Source: Schizochytrium sp. TIO01 (Eukaryota; Protista; Bigyra: Labyrinthulomycetes). From it: DNA of 64,000 nt. The notes below the pieces were generated by a model. That model was not told the origin of the DNA, did not search any database, and saw only the letters and a program-made list of their open reading frames with translations. Shown one piece after another: positions 38,506-48,070 of this stretch. The stretch's first letter is position 1; each line of letters starts with the position of its first letter. A program made the position numbers and the translations under genes. The stretch lies in contig SMSO01000032.1 of assembly GCA_004764695.1 (NCBI GenBank), positions 2,852,001 to 2,916,000 on the forward strand, written 5' to 3'.

Positions 38506-38901
38506 TTAGTGATCGTGGCCCCGCGGGAGCTCAATTAAACAAGTGGCAAGTTGTTCGCGGGCTGCTGCAATATGTGATGCGCGGTTCTTAGCCTCCTCCA
38601 GATTTTGTAGCATAGTAAACATTTTGGTCTCCAGCGCCTGGACTTTTTGATCGCAGCGTTGATGGAATCTTTCGCTTGCAGCAGCCACTTTTATACATGC
38701 GTTTCCAGCGTCACCCACAATTGATCTGGCAATCTGCCCAGCAGCTTCCACGCTCCTAGAACTTGCTCGATCAAGATCTTCCGCAACGCCGCTATCTTTA
38801 AGAGCCAGGAGACACTGGATGCGATGTCTCTCCGATTCTGTGACCATTATCATACCGCTGCGGCGGCCACCAGAGGCCAGTTCCGAGGTACCAGAGGACA
38901 T
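38506..38901 (-). CDS. Small helical/coiled-coil hypothetical protein (131 aa)
   Basis: ATG ORF with protein-like composition, followed by an AT-rich region shared with the convergent 34722 gene. Confidence 0.55.
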   Translation of the reverse strand: MSSGTSELASGGRRSGMIMVTESERHRIQCLLALKDSGVAEDLDRASSRSVEAAGQIARSIVGDAGNACIKVAAASERFHQRCDQKVQALETKMFTMLQNLEEAKNRASHIAAAREQLATCLIELPRGHDH

Positions 38902-39721
38902 AGCCGCGGTCTAATAAAGGTATCCAGGTGTCCAGCCTGGAGACTTTCAGGGGTCCCAAGCTTGATGTGTGAAGCGTCGTCGATCACGAACTGCTTCTTT
39001 CTGCGCTTTGATTAACTACAATGAGTGGTATTATGATACAAGACTTGACTCGTACCACTGGCGAATGGGACATGAAATCTGTGATGCAAAGGTGGATTTC
39101 GCAAAGTGTTATCCATAGAGAACTCACGGGACCCTGAGCAGCGCCAAGTGGTAAGTAGGTGCGACCTCGGCGTTATAAGCAATCGTTGTAGAGCTTTTTA
39201 AACATGCTCTAGGATTGCTTGCTGTACAAGAAAATGGTCATGGACACATGGACGCGAAATCTATCATGGCAGGATTAAATTGGGATCAATAGTTTACTTT
39301 TGGAGTGTATGAATCAGTTGGTCATGTCTATTATACACATTCATACAGAAGCTTCCATCAGGTTAAAAAAATGTTGTTTTAATCCTTTTGGCAGGAGGCA
39401 AGGCAAGAAGAGCTGGAATTGGATTGTTGCAGTGCAACCGAATTTTTGGTAACATTTAAGTTTCTTATGGTTAGTAGATCAGAAGGTTTGGGTTTGTTAA
39501 CAACAGATGAGTAGATATTCATACATGCAATTTCTCTAGTTTGTTTAAGCTGGAAGGTGGTTGAGAGTGGCAAGGGAGTATTCTTTTTTGCGACTTTGCG
39601 TAGAGTCTGGCTTTGATTGAATTTATATGGAAAGAATCTTATGCACAATTTCGATTTCTGGTCGGAAATAGCTCGAATATTGTTTGGCAATTATGAGTGT
39701 AAAGGAATAGCAAATTCAAAT

Positions 39722-40684
39722 TTAAAATTCCTTGCGATTAACAACAATCCTTTCAACTTCTTCTTTTGTATTCCAGTAATGAGCCATGGTTGCAGAAGAC
39801 TTCCTCCTCCGTGTGACTTGTTCGACTTCTTGCATTCTCTCGCCATTTGATGATGATGGAACTGCCGCAGGCGTATTCATGGACCCGTTGCTGTATTTTG
39901 CAGCAATTGCTCGCACACTACTTGAGGTAGACGAATAGCTACTTGTCAGAGTTGCATCAGACCGTGGTGTGGTTGGACCCCTACTCAACTTTCCACTCGC
40001 AAAAAGTGCAGCCTTCTCTTTGACAGATAGAGTTTCCGATTCTCTTGGTTCCAATTTCTTTGCATCTTCAATTGTAGCTTCTGCTAGCATATTAAGGATC
40101 TCTGTTTGCTCAGAATCCAAACCATCTTCAGACTTTGCTTCAACTTCAGGGCTCTCTACACCTCCCTTAGTATCTGATTCGTCATTATTGTTGATGCTAA
40201 TAACATTGCCATTGCTGCGATTGCTGCGATCATCATCAACCTCCCTTGATACTCCAGGTGCTTTATCTATAGAATCAACAACAGTTTCGCCTCCCTTTAA
40301 AATTTGAGATACCGATTTTGCCGAGTCAGTATCTTCTGCAAGTATGCGTTCTGAGTCTACGGACACAGCTGGCCCTAGGTTGTTCGCATTCTCATCCGCT
40401 TCGGCGCCCACATTTGCAGAGGTTTCTTCCTCTGATGCGAGTACATTCGCAGGCTCCGTTGAAACTTCAGAAGCATGAACAGGCACAACTTCTTGCTCTT
40501 CAATAGAAGTTTCAATTTCCTGACCCTCTTCACTTGCTTGCCGACCAACCTCAGTGACATTTGTATTGGCTTTGGTTTCGTTAGAGATGGACTCAACCAA
40601 ATCTGGTGAGGCAACCGGTCTGTTCTCTGGCAAGCTGCCTTTCGCTGCAGCCGCAGCGGTTCCCTTGGAGCTGACACAGCCCAT
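39722..40684 (-). CDS. Acidic disordered protein with N-terminal acylation motif
   Basis: The ATG at 40684 gives MGCVSSK (Gly2 myristoylation, Cys3 palmitoylation consensus). The body is E/S-rich, with SVKEKAALF and SVRAIAAKY motifs near the C-terminus. Confidence 0.8.
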   Translation of the reverse strand: MGCVSSKGTAAAAAKGSLPENRPVASPDLVESISNETKANTNVTEVGRQASEEGQEIETSIEEQEVVPVHASEVSTEPANVLASEEETSANVGAEADENANNLGPAVSVDSERILAEDTDSAKSVSQILKGGETVVDSIDKAPGVSREVDDDRSNRSNGNVISINNNDESDTKGGVESPEVEAKSEDGLDSEQTEILNMLAEATIEDAKKLEPRESETLSVKEKAALFASGKLSRGPTTPRSDATLTSSYSSTSSSVRAIAAKYSNGSMNTPAAVPSSSNGERMQEVEQVTRRRKSSATMAHYWNTKEEVERIVVNRKEF

Positions 40685-42337
40685 AGTCAATCAATGGTGT
40701 AGAAGAAGCCACGGGTGCGGGATTATGGTACTGCACAGAACTCTGTGCCTTGGCAAATCGCCTTTGGTTTCACTTGAATTGATCTTCCTCCTCCCGTACA
40801 AGGCAAGCCTAGCTACGTCGCAAGGTGTTTGCCGCCAATACAGTCGGCAGGATGCTTGATGCTGCCAAAAAGGACTGCCAAAAATAATCCAATCTGACGC
40901 TCAAATAGCTCAATCAATCCGTGAACCCCTTTATAAAGGCCTGCGGGAGCGAGAACGTGGTTCGTAGTACCAGGTACGCGGCCAAGTAACCGTTGAGTTC
41001 GTCTTGGGAAATTAATTAAGGCCAAGTGACACGCAGTCAGGTAAATTGGCACAGGTTAAAGATGGATGAAGAACACTACTACAAACTACTCGAGCTCGCT
41101 TGCTTTCAAGGTTTGCTCCTCGCTATTTGGGGAGATCTAACTTCCTCTAGAGGGACGTGATCTTCGGTCAACGTAGGATTTAGAGCAGACAACTTTGTGG
41201 AGAGAATGAAAAGCCGCCGTATTTTCCTGACATATTCAAGTTTTGCTACTGATGAAGAAGACAACCTCGCTGGAAAAGAGAAAGAAAAAGCTAATAAATA
41301 AATTTAAAGATGAATAAATGAATAATATTAATAATAATAAATCCTTTTCTATAAAACAAAAAAATACCTGGGAACAATGGACTTCAGAGATGGGTTGCTC
41401 TGGCAAGAACTTTGGCTTTCGAAATTGAATTACCTTGTATTTTCCCTTTCTAACGAAAGATTGCCCTTTCGGTTTTGCTGATTCTCCATATACGTGTCAC
41501 AATATCTCTTTGCTCATGTTCAATCAATCATCAAGTTTAAGTCGTCACTGAAAAGGTAGTAGTAGCAGTACTAATAGTATTAGTAGTAGGCACTTAGTCG
41601 CTTCTACATCATGAGGGATTCCGATTGTGCCATCTATTTCTCAGTTCTGTCATTCGGAGACGCTGACTTGATGGCTTTCGCGTAGTGCATCGAGTACCAG
41701 TTATTGGCTCACTTTCTTCGTGACTAGGCTCCTTCAGAATCACATGATATCGACCGAAAGGTTTCCACCGTCGGGCGAAGGAGAGTCGGCCTCCCTAAGC
41801 CTAGTTGCGACATCTGAAGCACGGAAGAACCAGCTCGCTGTCCTGTAAGACGCACTCGTTTAAAGAATATCGTATATCAATATCATGAAGATGGCCTGTC
41901 TACATGTTGAAAAATTCGAGCTGAGACGTGAATTTCCTCATTCTGAAGCCCCGCTGGCGAATACGTTTTATTTGGTCAACTTGGCTGCGTGGAGTAGAGT
42001 TTGACTAGTTGCTGACCTCGCGGGACCGTGTACTACGCCTCCTTCTGCCACGAAGTCGGCCAACCTACTTCTGGTTATTACTGTAGGAAATTAGGAAATT
42101 CGAGAGAGGTTTCTTACTGACTATTTAAGCTCGCTTTTATAATGATTTTATTACCTACTGCTAGCTAGCTAGGTCATAACATACTTACATTCCTGAACAT
42201 AAGGTATTGTTAATTGGAAAAAAGAGAGAAAAAGTTGACAAGCTGAAATTGAAGATAACTTCTGTGTTGTTGATCGATGGATGGTAGGTACTACCTACCT
42301 AGTATATCATTTAAAACTTTGGTGTCTATGACGGAAA

Positions 42338-44398
42338 TTAGTCAGCCTTTGCTGGAGCACCTTGCAATTTACACATGAAGCGCTTAACAAGCAAACGAAC
42401 CCGGACAAGGGAATCCGCATAAATTTGCGCTTCTTCATCTTGCTGTGTGCCAAGGGAAGGGTTCTCTGGATTGGCCTTATCAGATTCAATCTCTTGGCCA
42501 TTTTCGAGAGATGTTAGTGGCGACGATGAGGGTGGCTGATCTGAATCCACATCAACAGAGCTACCTGCAGATTTTCGAGCGTCTTCAGAATTCAGGTCGG
42601 GTCCAACAGAAAGCTGTGACGGGTCTTTCGTTGAAGGTGTCGTTGTTTGTGTGGGTGTCTTCATGAGCACACGGGAAACTTGCTTCAGAGTGGCGAGAAG
42701 CATGGTGCCGAAAGCTCCATCATGTAAGACGCGTAGTATGACAGGACCTTCGTCAAGAACACCAATAATAGCAGCAATTTTTTTCAAGTTAGACTTCTCG
42801 GCAGGATCTTGCAAAAGAGCTCCGATCGCAAACATAGCATAATCTGCGAAAGCTTCTTTGGAGTTTGGCCAAGATGCGCCAGCAGGTGCCGAGAAATCAA
42901 GACGAGCACGTTTCGCAATACTCTCGTCCTTTACACTAGTAGCAATAAGAATAGCCCACGCAAGCCTACGTGCCGCGCCGTGAGGATGGGCCTCCATTTC
43001 CTCGCTGCCAAGCCTTGCGCAGAAGCCTGGAATTAATAAAACAAATCCCAAAACCTCTGACGAACGCAGTGCACAAGTCCAGAGAAAAGATCCAAGAGGA
43101 TCATCGACGCTGGCGGCACCAAAGTTACCCTTGGCCCACGCAGCAACGGCAGCACGTACAACACCAGATTTGTGCAGAGTATCTACGGCTTGGCTTGCAC
43201 CATGCAAACCTCTCCGCGGGTTGCCCTGGGCATAAAAACTAAGAATATCAAGAAGTCCACGCGCTTGCTCCCGTGCCTGCGCTCCGTCCTCTTCGTTTCG
43301 TTTGAGGGCCTCCTCGAGCAGGACCCGTGCACGAGGCACTACTCCCTGATTAAGAGCCTCCCAAAGAATAGACTTTTCCTGTAAACTAGCTTGTGACAAA
43401 GCATCCTCAGATACGAGTGTCTTAAGGACGCCAAGCATGACGGGGTTACCATGGGCACCGAGTGTCGTATTGAGGTCTGGATCCGGCTGATCTGCAGAGA
43501 CCTTGAGGCAGTACGCATGGCACACTTCTGACATCTCCATAAGTGCAGGAAGAACAGTGCGCATGGACTGAGGTCGGTCCGTGAGTCTGTCTCGGAGAAG
43601 CAGGAGGAAATGTGGCCAAGTCGCCTGTGCTTCCGCCACCCAAGGGAGGCGCAGGTCATCCTTGTCGAACGCGCCAGTCTCGTCAAAGAAACCGGCAGAG
43701 TTTTCTTTGAGGGCTAATAGAGACCGAAGTATCCTGTAGAGCGTACCTGTGATAAAGAGGTCATCCCACTCCTCCACAGACATGTCTCCGAAGCTCTGAT
43801 ACCCTACGGCGCTCAACTCGCTGCACAACCTGTCCACCAGAGCTGCGTGGATATCCGCTCCCACCGTCGTGCTCTCCTGTATTTCCTCAGGACCAAGCAA
43901 AAGCCTCCTGCGTTCTAAAGGCAAAGTATCTGCTGCAAGCACACGTTCCAAAGCACGAAGCCTGAGCTGGACATTGATCTGCAAAAGCGACTCCCGTGCC
44001 CCTTCTGCCGCACCCGTTGCAGCTTTATCCTCAAGGATGTACAAAACGCCCTTCAAAACTTCTGGTGAAATCCAGAACCATGAGGGCGTCGTTGAATCGG
44101 TTTGCACCAAAGAGTGCGCGAGTGCGCTGAGGTCAAGATCACTGACGATAGGGAAATCAAAGGCAAGCTTATGGAAAGCGTCTTTGGCACGACGATGCTG
44201 GGCCTCGACGCCGCTGTCGGATTCCCGCTGCTGACGCCAGAAAGAGCTCATATCGCCAGCAGCGTCAGATATTGCTGCATTCTCGGCTGCAAGGGCTGCT
44301 TCATTCTCACGGAGCTGGGATACGAGTGCTGCAACAAAGGCATCGCGAGACAGCTCTTCGCCATGACCATTGCCAGCGGCTCTGGAAGGTGCAGACAT
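42338..44398 (-). CDS. Hypothetical alpha-helical protein (686 aa from first ATG)
   Basis: Uninterrupted ORF over 2 kb, L/A-rich; the track start at 44506 is non-ATG. No family recognised. Confidence 0.85.
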   Translation of the reverse strand: MSAPSRAAGNGHGEELSRDAFVAALVSQLRENEAALAAENAAISDAAGDMSSFWRQQRESDSGVEAQHRRAKDAFHKLAFDFPIVSDLDLSALAHSLVQTDSTTPSWFWISPEVLKGVLYILEDKAATGAAEGARESLLQINVQLRLRALERVLAADTLPLERRRLLLGPEEIQESTTVGADIHAALVDRLCSELSAVGYQSFGDMSVEEWDDLFITGTLYRILRSLLALKENSAGFFDETGAFDKDDLRLPWVAEAQATWPHFLLLLRDRLTDRPQSMRTVLPALMEMSEVCHAYCLKVSADQPDPDLNTTLGAHGNPVMLGVLKTLVSEDALSQASLQEKSILWEALNQGVVPRARVLLEEALKRNEEDGAQAREQARGLLDILSFYAQGNPRRGLHGASQAVDTLHKSGVVRAAVAAWAKGNFGAASVDDPLGSFLWTCALRSSEVLGFVLLIPGFCARLGSEEMEAHPHGAARRLAWAILIATSVKDESIAKRARLDFSAPAGASWPNSKEAFADYAMFAIGALLQDPAEKSNLKKIAAIIGVLDEGPVILRVLHDGAFGTMLLATLKQVSRVLMKTPTQTTTPSTKDPSQLSVGPDLNSEDARKSAGSSVDVDSDQPPSSSPLTSLENGQEIESDKANPENPSLGTQQDEEAQIYADSLVRVRLLVKRFMCKLQGAPAKAD

Positions 44399-44612
44399 CG
44401 ATAGCGAATAAGAAAAGACACCTGCGAAGCTAAGGGTGCGAACAAATAGTAGACTGACGGGCTTCCCTGCCACCGCCAGAAAGAGCGTGCGTGGCTTGAT
44501 CAGCAAGACCGCTCTTGCGACGGTTCTGGCGGCTCGAGAACAATAGTACCTAATTAATTTGATTGATCGGTAGTCAATTTTTAAAGTATAGAGAATAAAA
44601 TATCATCGTATG

Positions 44613-44745
44613 TGATCAATCCCCTAAGAAATTCACCCATAAAATTTGCAAAGCTTGCATTTCCTATGGCGACAAAGTGGGGCTTAGGCCCATTCACGGG
44701 TTAAAAACTAACCCGCGACTCAGGACAGCTCTCAAGTCATGTCCT
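44613..44745 (-). ncRNA. Putative Fanzor omegaRNA scaffold
   Basis: Lies directly 3' of the Fanzor RuvC-III motif. Hairpins at 44722-44745 and 44695-44717, a long stem at 44633-44672, and enclosing CCCC/GGGG or CCUAAG/CUUAGG pairings. Confidence 0.55.
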
Positions 44746-44749
44746 TGGA

Positions 44750-45440
44750 TGGATAGGTAGCGCAAAGGGATGCCTCTGGCGGTGTGGATATCACGATCGG
44801 CTTTGTGTTTGCATTTTTGTTGTTGTTGTTGACGCATTGGAAAATCTCGGAGGCTCCGAGCTTGTCGTGGATAGTACCACATTCATTGCATGGTTTTGAA
44901 GTGCAATCCACTCGGCAAATAACCAGTTTTCACCACCTGCCCAGAGCAAAGCTCAGCTTTGTGAATGAGTGTTTCGCGGAGACCAACAACACATCATCCA
45001 AGCTGTCTCGATCTCGATCCATCTTGTTAACTTGTTGAGGTTTCAAATTCAGGCAACGGATGACACGGTATTTGAAGTGCGAGCTGGCGATGAATATAGG
45101 TAGTCCAGCAGGGCTCGCAAGCCCGGTCTTCTGAAGTTGACCCCTCTACTGATGTCTCTGTAGACGGCCGAGGCGTCTGGATAGACCCGCAATCTAGCAT
45201 TTGAAATTCTCTTTTTGCTCGGCGGAGAACACTATGGCGTAAATGATAGTACGGTCAGTGCCGCGTTGCTCGCAGCCATAGTTGCGCTCAACGTCGTCAC
45301 TTGCGTATGTGCGATTGCCTCCTAACGGAAGCCCCCGAAGGGCACTTGCTCTGGCGCCAAACTTCTGGTTGAAGTACTTTGATAATTTGAATTGAAGGTT
45401 TGCTTCGCTTGCGATTTTTTGAGCCTTGTGGTTCCTTGGC
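44750..45440 (-). pseudogene. Degenerate Fanzor1 / TnpB-like RNA-guided nuclease relic
   Basis: Ordered fragments across frameshifts on the minus strand: IHRQLA (45078-45095), YRVI-LPEFETS (45036-45056), TAWMMCCWS (44980-45006), RETLIHKAEL (44949-44978), CTSKPCNECGTIHDKLGASEIFQC, and KCKHKADRDIHTARGIPLRYL (DRD at 44790-44798). The upstream boundary is approximate. Confidence 0.85.
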
Positions 45441-46732
45441 CATTCCATTTTCTTACCTAACCTTCACTTCTTAACAAAGACCTGAATGAATACATCGTTT
45501 ACGTAGGTTATCATATAAGTTCTAACATTTTCCTAGGTACAGTAATAGAATTGGCTTTTTAAGAAATTGTATGTACTGAGACTTTGGACACGAGCCGGCG
45601 CACAAAATATCAATTGAATGAGCTCAATTTTCGGATAAATATTTGCTTGGACAGCGTTCAACGCACATTGTTCATGCAATCAACAAAGTAGGTGAGCAAA
45701 AACTCAAGCTACATCTGCCAGAGTCAAGGGCGTTCTTGTGATGTTCTTTTTTAAAAGCATGTTCTGATGTTCTTTTTATTTCAGGGTCATTTTTTACCAT
45801 AGCACATCTCTCACAATGTAAGTGAATATAATTTGCGGCCCTGGTTTGTGGGAAATTACTAAAATTATAGATGATTTTGAAAGCGTCTATTTGGGTTTTG
45901 ACTGTAACATACCGTATTCTCTTACCTTCGCAATGTGGTTTGTGCAAACCATGATTTGGAGACTGTGCTCGCAGTCAGGAACGGCTGCGATTGTTATGTT
46001 CGAGTGCAGTGACAAACTACGAAAACGACGGAGGCATAGCTAACCATCAAGATAATCTGTTTTTTGGATTGGAACTCGGCATATACTTGCATACTCCAAA
46101 CCTGTAGCACCAGAGCCGACGTTCTTGCAAGATTTTGGGTAGAAATTAGGCTCTTCATTTTCTTCATCTCTATATCCTCTCAAATAATTGCACCTATTTT
46201 TATGTGAATAAAAAAATGCAACACGATTTCTGTCCCCCGAGATGACGTGGCGAAGTATTTGCTGTTAGCAGCGTCGAGATTTTATTCCTGAGTGCCCTAG
46301 CTAGACCAGGTGTGCTTTGCTAACAACTATCATATTAAGCACTAAGTGGGTACCCACGTATTAGTGAGTGGTGGGAATTTGGTAGAGCTTAGTACAACGA
46401 TTAGAAATCTATCGCGATGAGCGCCTCAAATATACAGGTAGGACTTCGTACGCGGAGCTGTTGACGTGTAATAAGAGCTTGAGAAATTAGGCGAAACGCG
46501 AACAGCCGCGACTTGGGAAGACAAAATGAGAAAAGAAAGCACGTCTGTAAGGATTCAGAGTTTTGACTGCACTTAACTGTTGTCAAGTTATGAAAAAAGA
46601 TTCACTGTATTATGTGTTTTGTAGCGATGCCATAGAAGTGGACAGCCGGGCAAAATGAAAACTGTCTGAAGACCTTGATGAGATTTTAAGGAGCGAGGCT
46701 GCGCCAGGGTTGGTAAAGCGTGAAGGGGCACG

Positions 46733-48070
46733 ATGCGTATGAGACATACGGGCCTGGGTGAGCCGGACCAACGGGATAACGAACTTTCGGGAAAGTATTC
46801 TTCGGAAGAAGTTTTCTTGGATCTCGTGGATGAGGCGCGAGGGTTTCCGCGAAGGAGTGAACAGGGCGACGCAACTCACAAGAGACTGCAGCTTGATAGA
46901 GAACGTAGATCCCTGCAGAGCCTAAAGCTCTTTAGAGTGCAGGTAATCGCGGTGATTGTGACAGTGATCCTTGTGCTTGGAGCTCTACTCACATTAAGAA
47001 GCACAGTCACAAGAACGGAAGACGATGGCGAAGACCCGCTGCAATGGGCTGTTGCGCAAATTCTTAGCAGACCTGTGACAAAAGAACCTGCTTACAAGTC
47101 AAAGGCCGTTCTGCAACCATTTTTGGATATCATTGAGGAGAGTTGGCCAGAGGAGAACTCACACAGGGTACGATTCTTGCCTGAAGAAAGACGTGGTCAT
47201 GAAGGATTTCGCATCTCCCACATTCCTAAAACAGCAATCACCGCATTTGAGTCTGAGGCAAAGAAACAGATTAAGGTTAACGAAACCATGGACTGGCACG
47301 AGGATTGCTTGACAACATCTAAACATCCAACATACTCCAGCTCAGAAGATTATGTATTGATGTTTTTCCGCGAACCACATGCTCATGTTTTATCGCAGTA
47401 CTTCCAGTGTGACTACGGTTGGAGTGGCCTGGAGGGCCCGGAGTACGATGACTTTCCTCGAGTTCTCCCGCATAGGCAACTTGCCAAGGCTGAAGGGCTC
47501 CTTGCACGAGCAAAGGAGACAGGAAGGCCCTCGGATTATCTGAATAGACGATACAGAGACAAGTATGTGAAAACTATGAACAATATGGACAATTGGCTGG
47601 ACCATTTTCTCACTAATTGGACCCTTGAAAAAGGCGGTTTTGCTTGCTATGACCCACGCGACATGCAAACTCGTGCGCTGGTTTGCAATGGAGTGTGGGA
47701 TGCCTTGCACCTCATTCTGGAGGAGAGTTTGTTGAACCCCAATCTTCAGCTAGCAATTAATCGCATGAAATCTCTATGGCACGTTGGTATCTCAGAGTTA
47801 TTTCATGAATCTGTTTGCATATGGGAGTATCAGTACCATGGCCAGTTGCCTAATTACTGTAACTGTGCACTTGGTTTAGAGCGTCCTCTTATCCCTGCGG
47901 TTAACCATAATGTGCCTCGCCATAGTGTATCAGATGTTTCATCGGAGACATTGGCAAAGATCAATGGGTTTACGCAGAAAGACCATGTCCTTTATGAGGA
48001 AGCTATTCGGGAGTTTGTCTTGCGTCTGCGTGAGGTTGAGAGGACAACGAAAACAAAAATATTATGCTAA
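46733..48070 (+). CDS. Type II membrane sulfotransferase-like protein (paralog 1)
   Basis: One TM segment (VIAVIVTVILVLGALL), 5'-PSB-like HIPKTAITAF, 3'-PB-like FFREPHAHVLSQY, and VGISE. Confidence 0.85.
   Translation: MRMRHTGLGEPDQRDNELSGKYSSEEVFLDLVDEARGFPRRSEQGDATHKRLQLDRERRSLQSLKLFRVQVIAVIVTVILVLGALLTLRSTVTRTEDDGEDPLQWAVAQILSRPVTKEPAYKSKAVLQPFLDIIEESWPEENSHRVRFLPEERRGHEGFRISHIPKTAITAFESEAKKQIKVNETMDWHEDCLTTSKHPTYSSSEDYVLMFFREPHAHVLSQYFQCDYGWSGLEGPEYDDFPRVLPHRQLAKAEGLLARAKETGRPSDYLNRRYRDKYVKTMNNMDNWLDHFLTNWTLEKGGFACYDPRDMQTRALVCNGVWDALHLILEESLLNPNLQLAINRMKSLWHVGISELFHESVCIWEYQYHGQLPNYCNCALGLERPLIPAVNHNVPRHSVSDVSSETLAKINGFTQKDHVLYEEAIREFVLRLREVERTTKTKILC

Noticed and set aside
45194-45448. 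KAQKIASEANLQFKLS as a pogo/CENP-B helix-turn-helix
   Set aside because: Lacks the GW/F core and no DDE domain follows; better explained as the eroded upstream part of the Fanzor relic.
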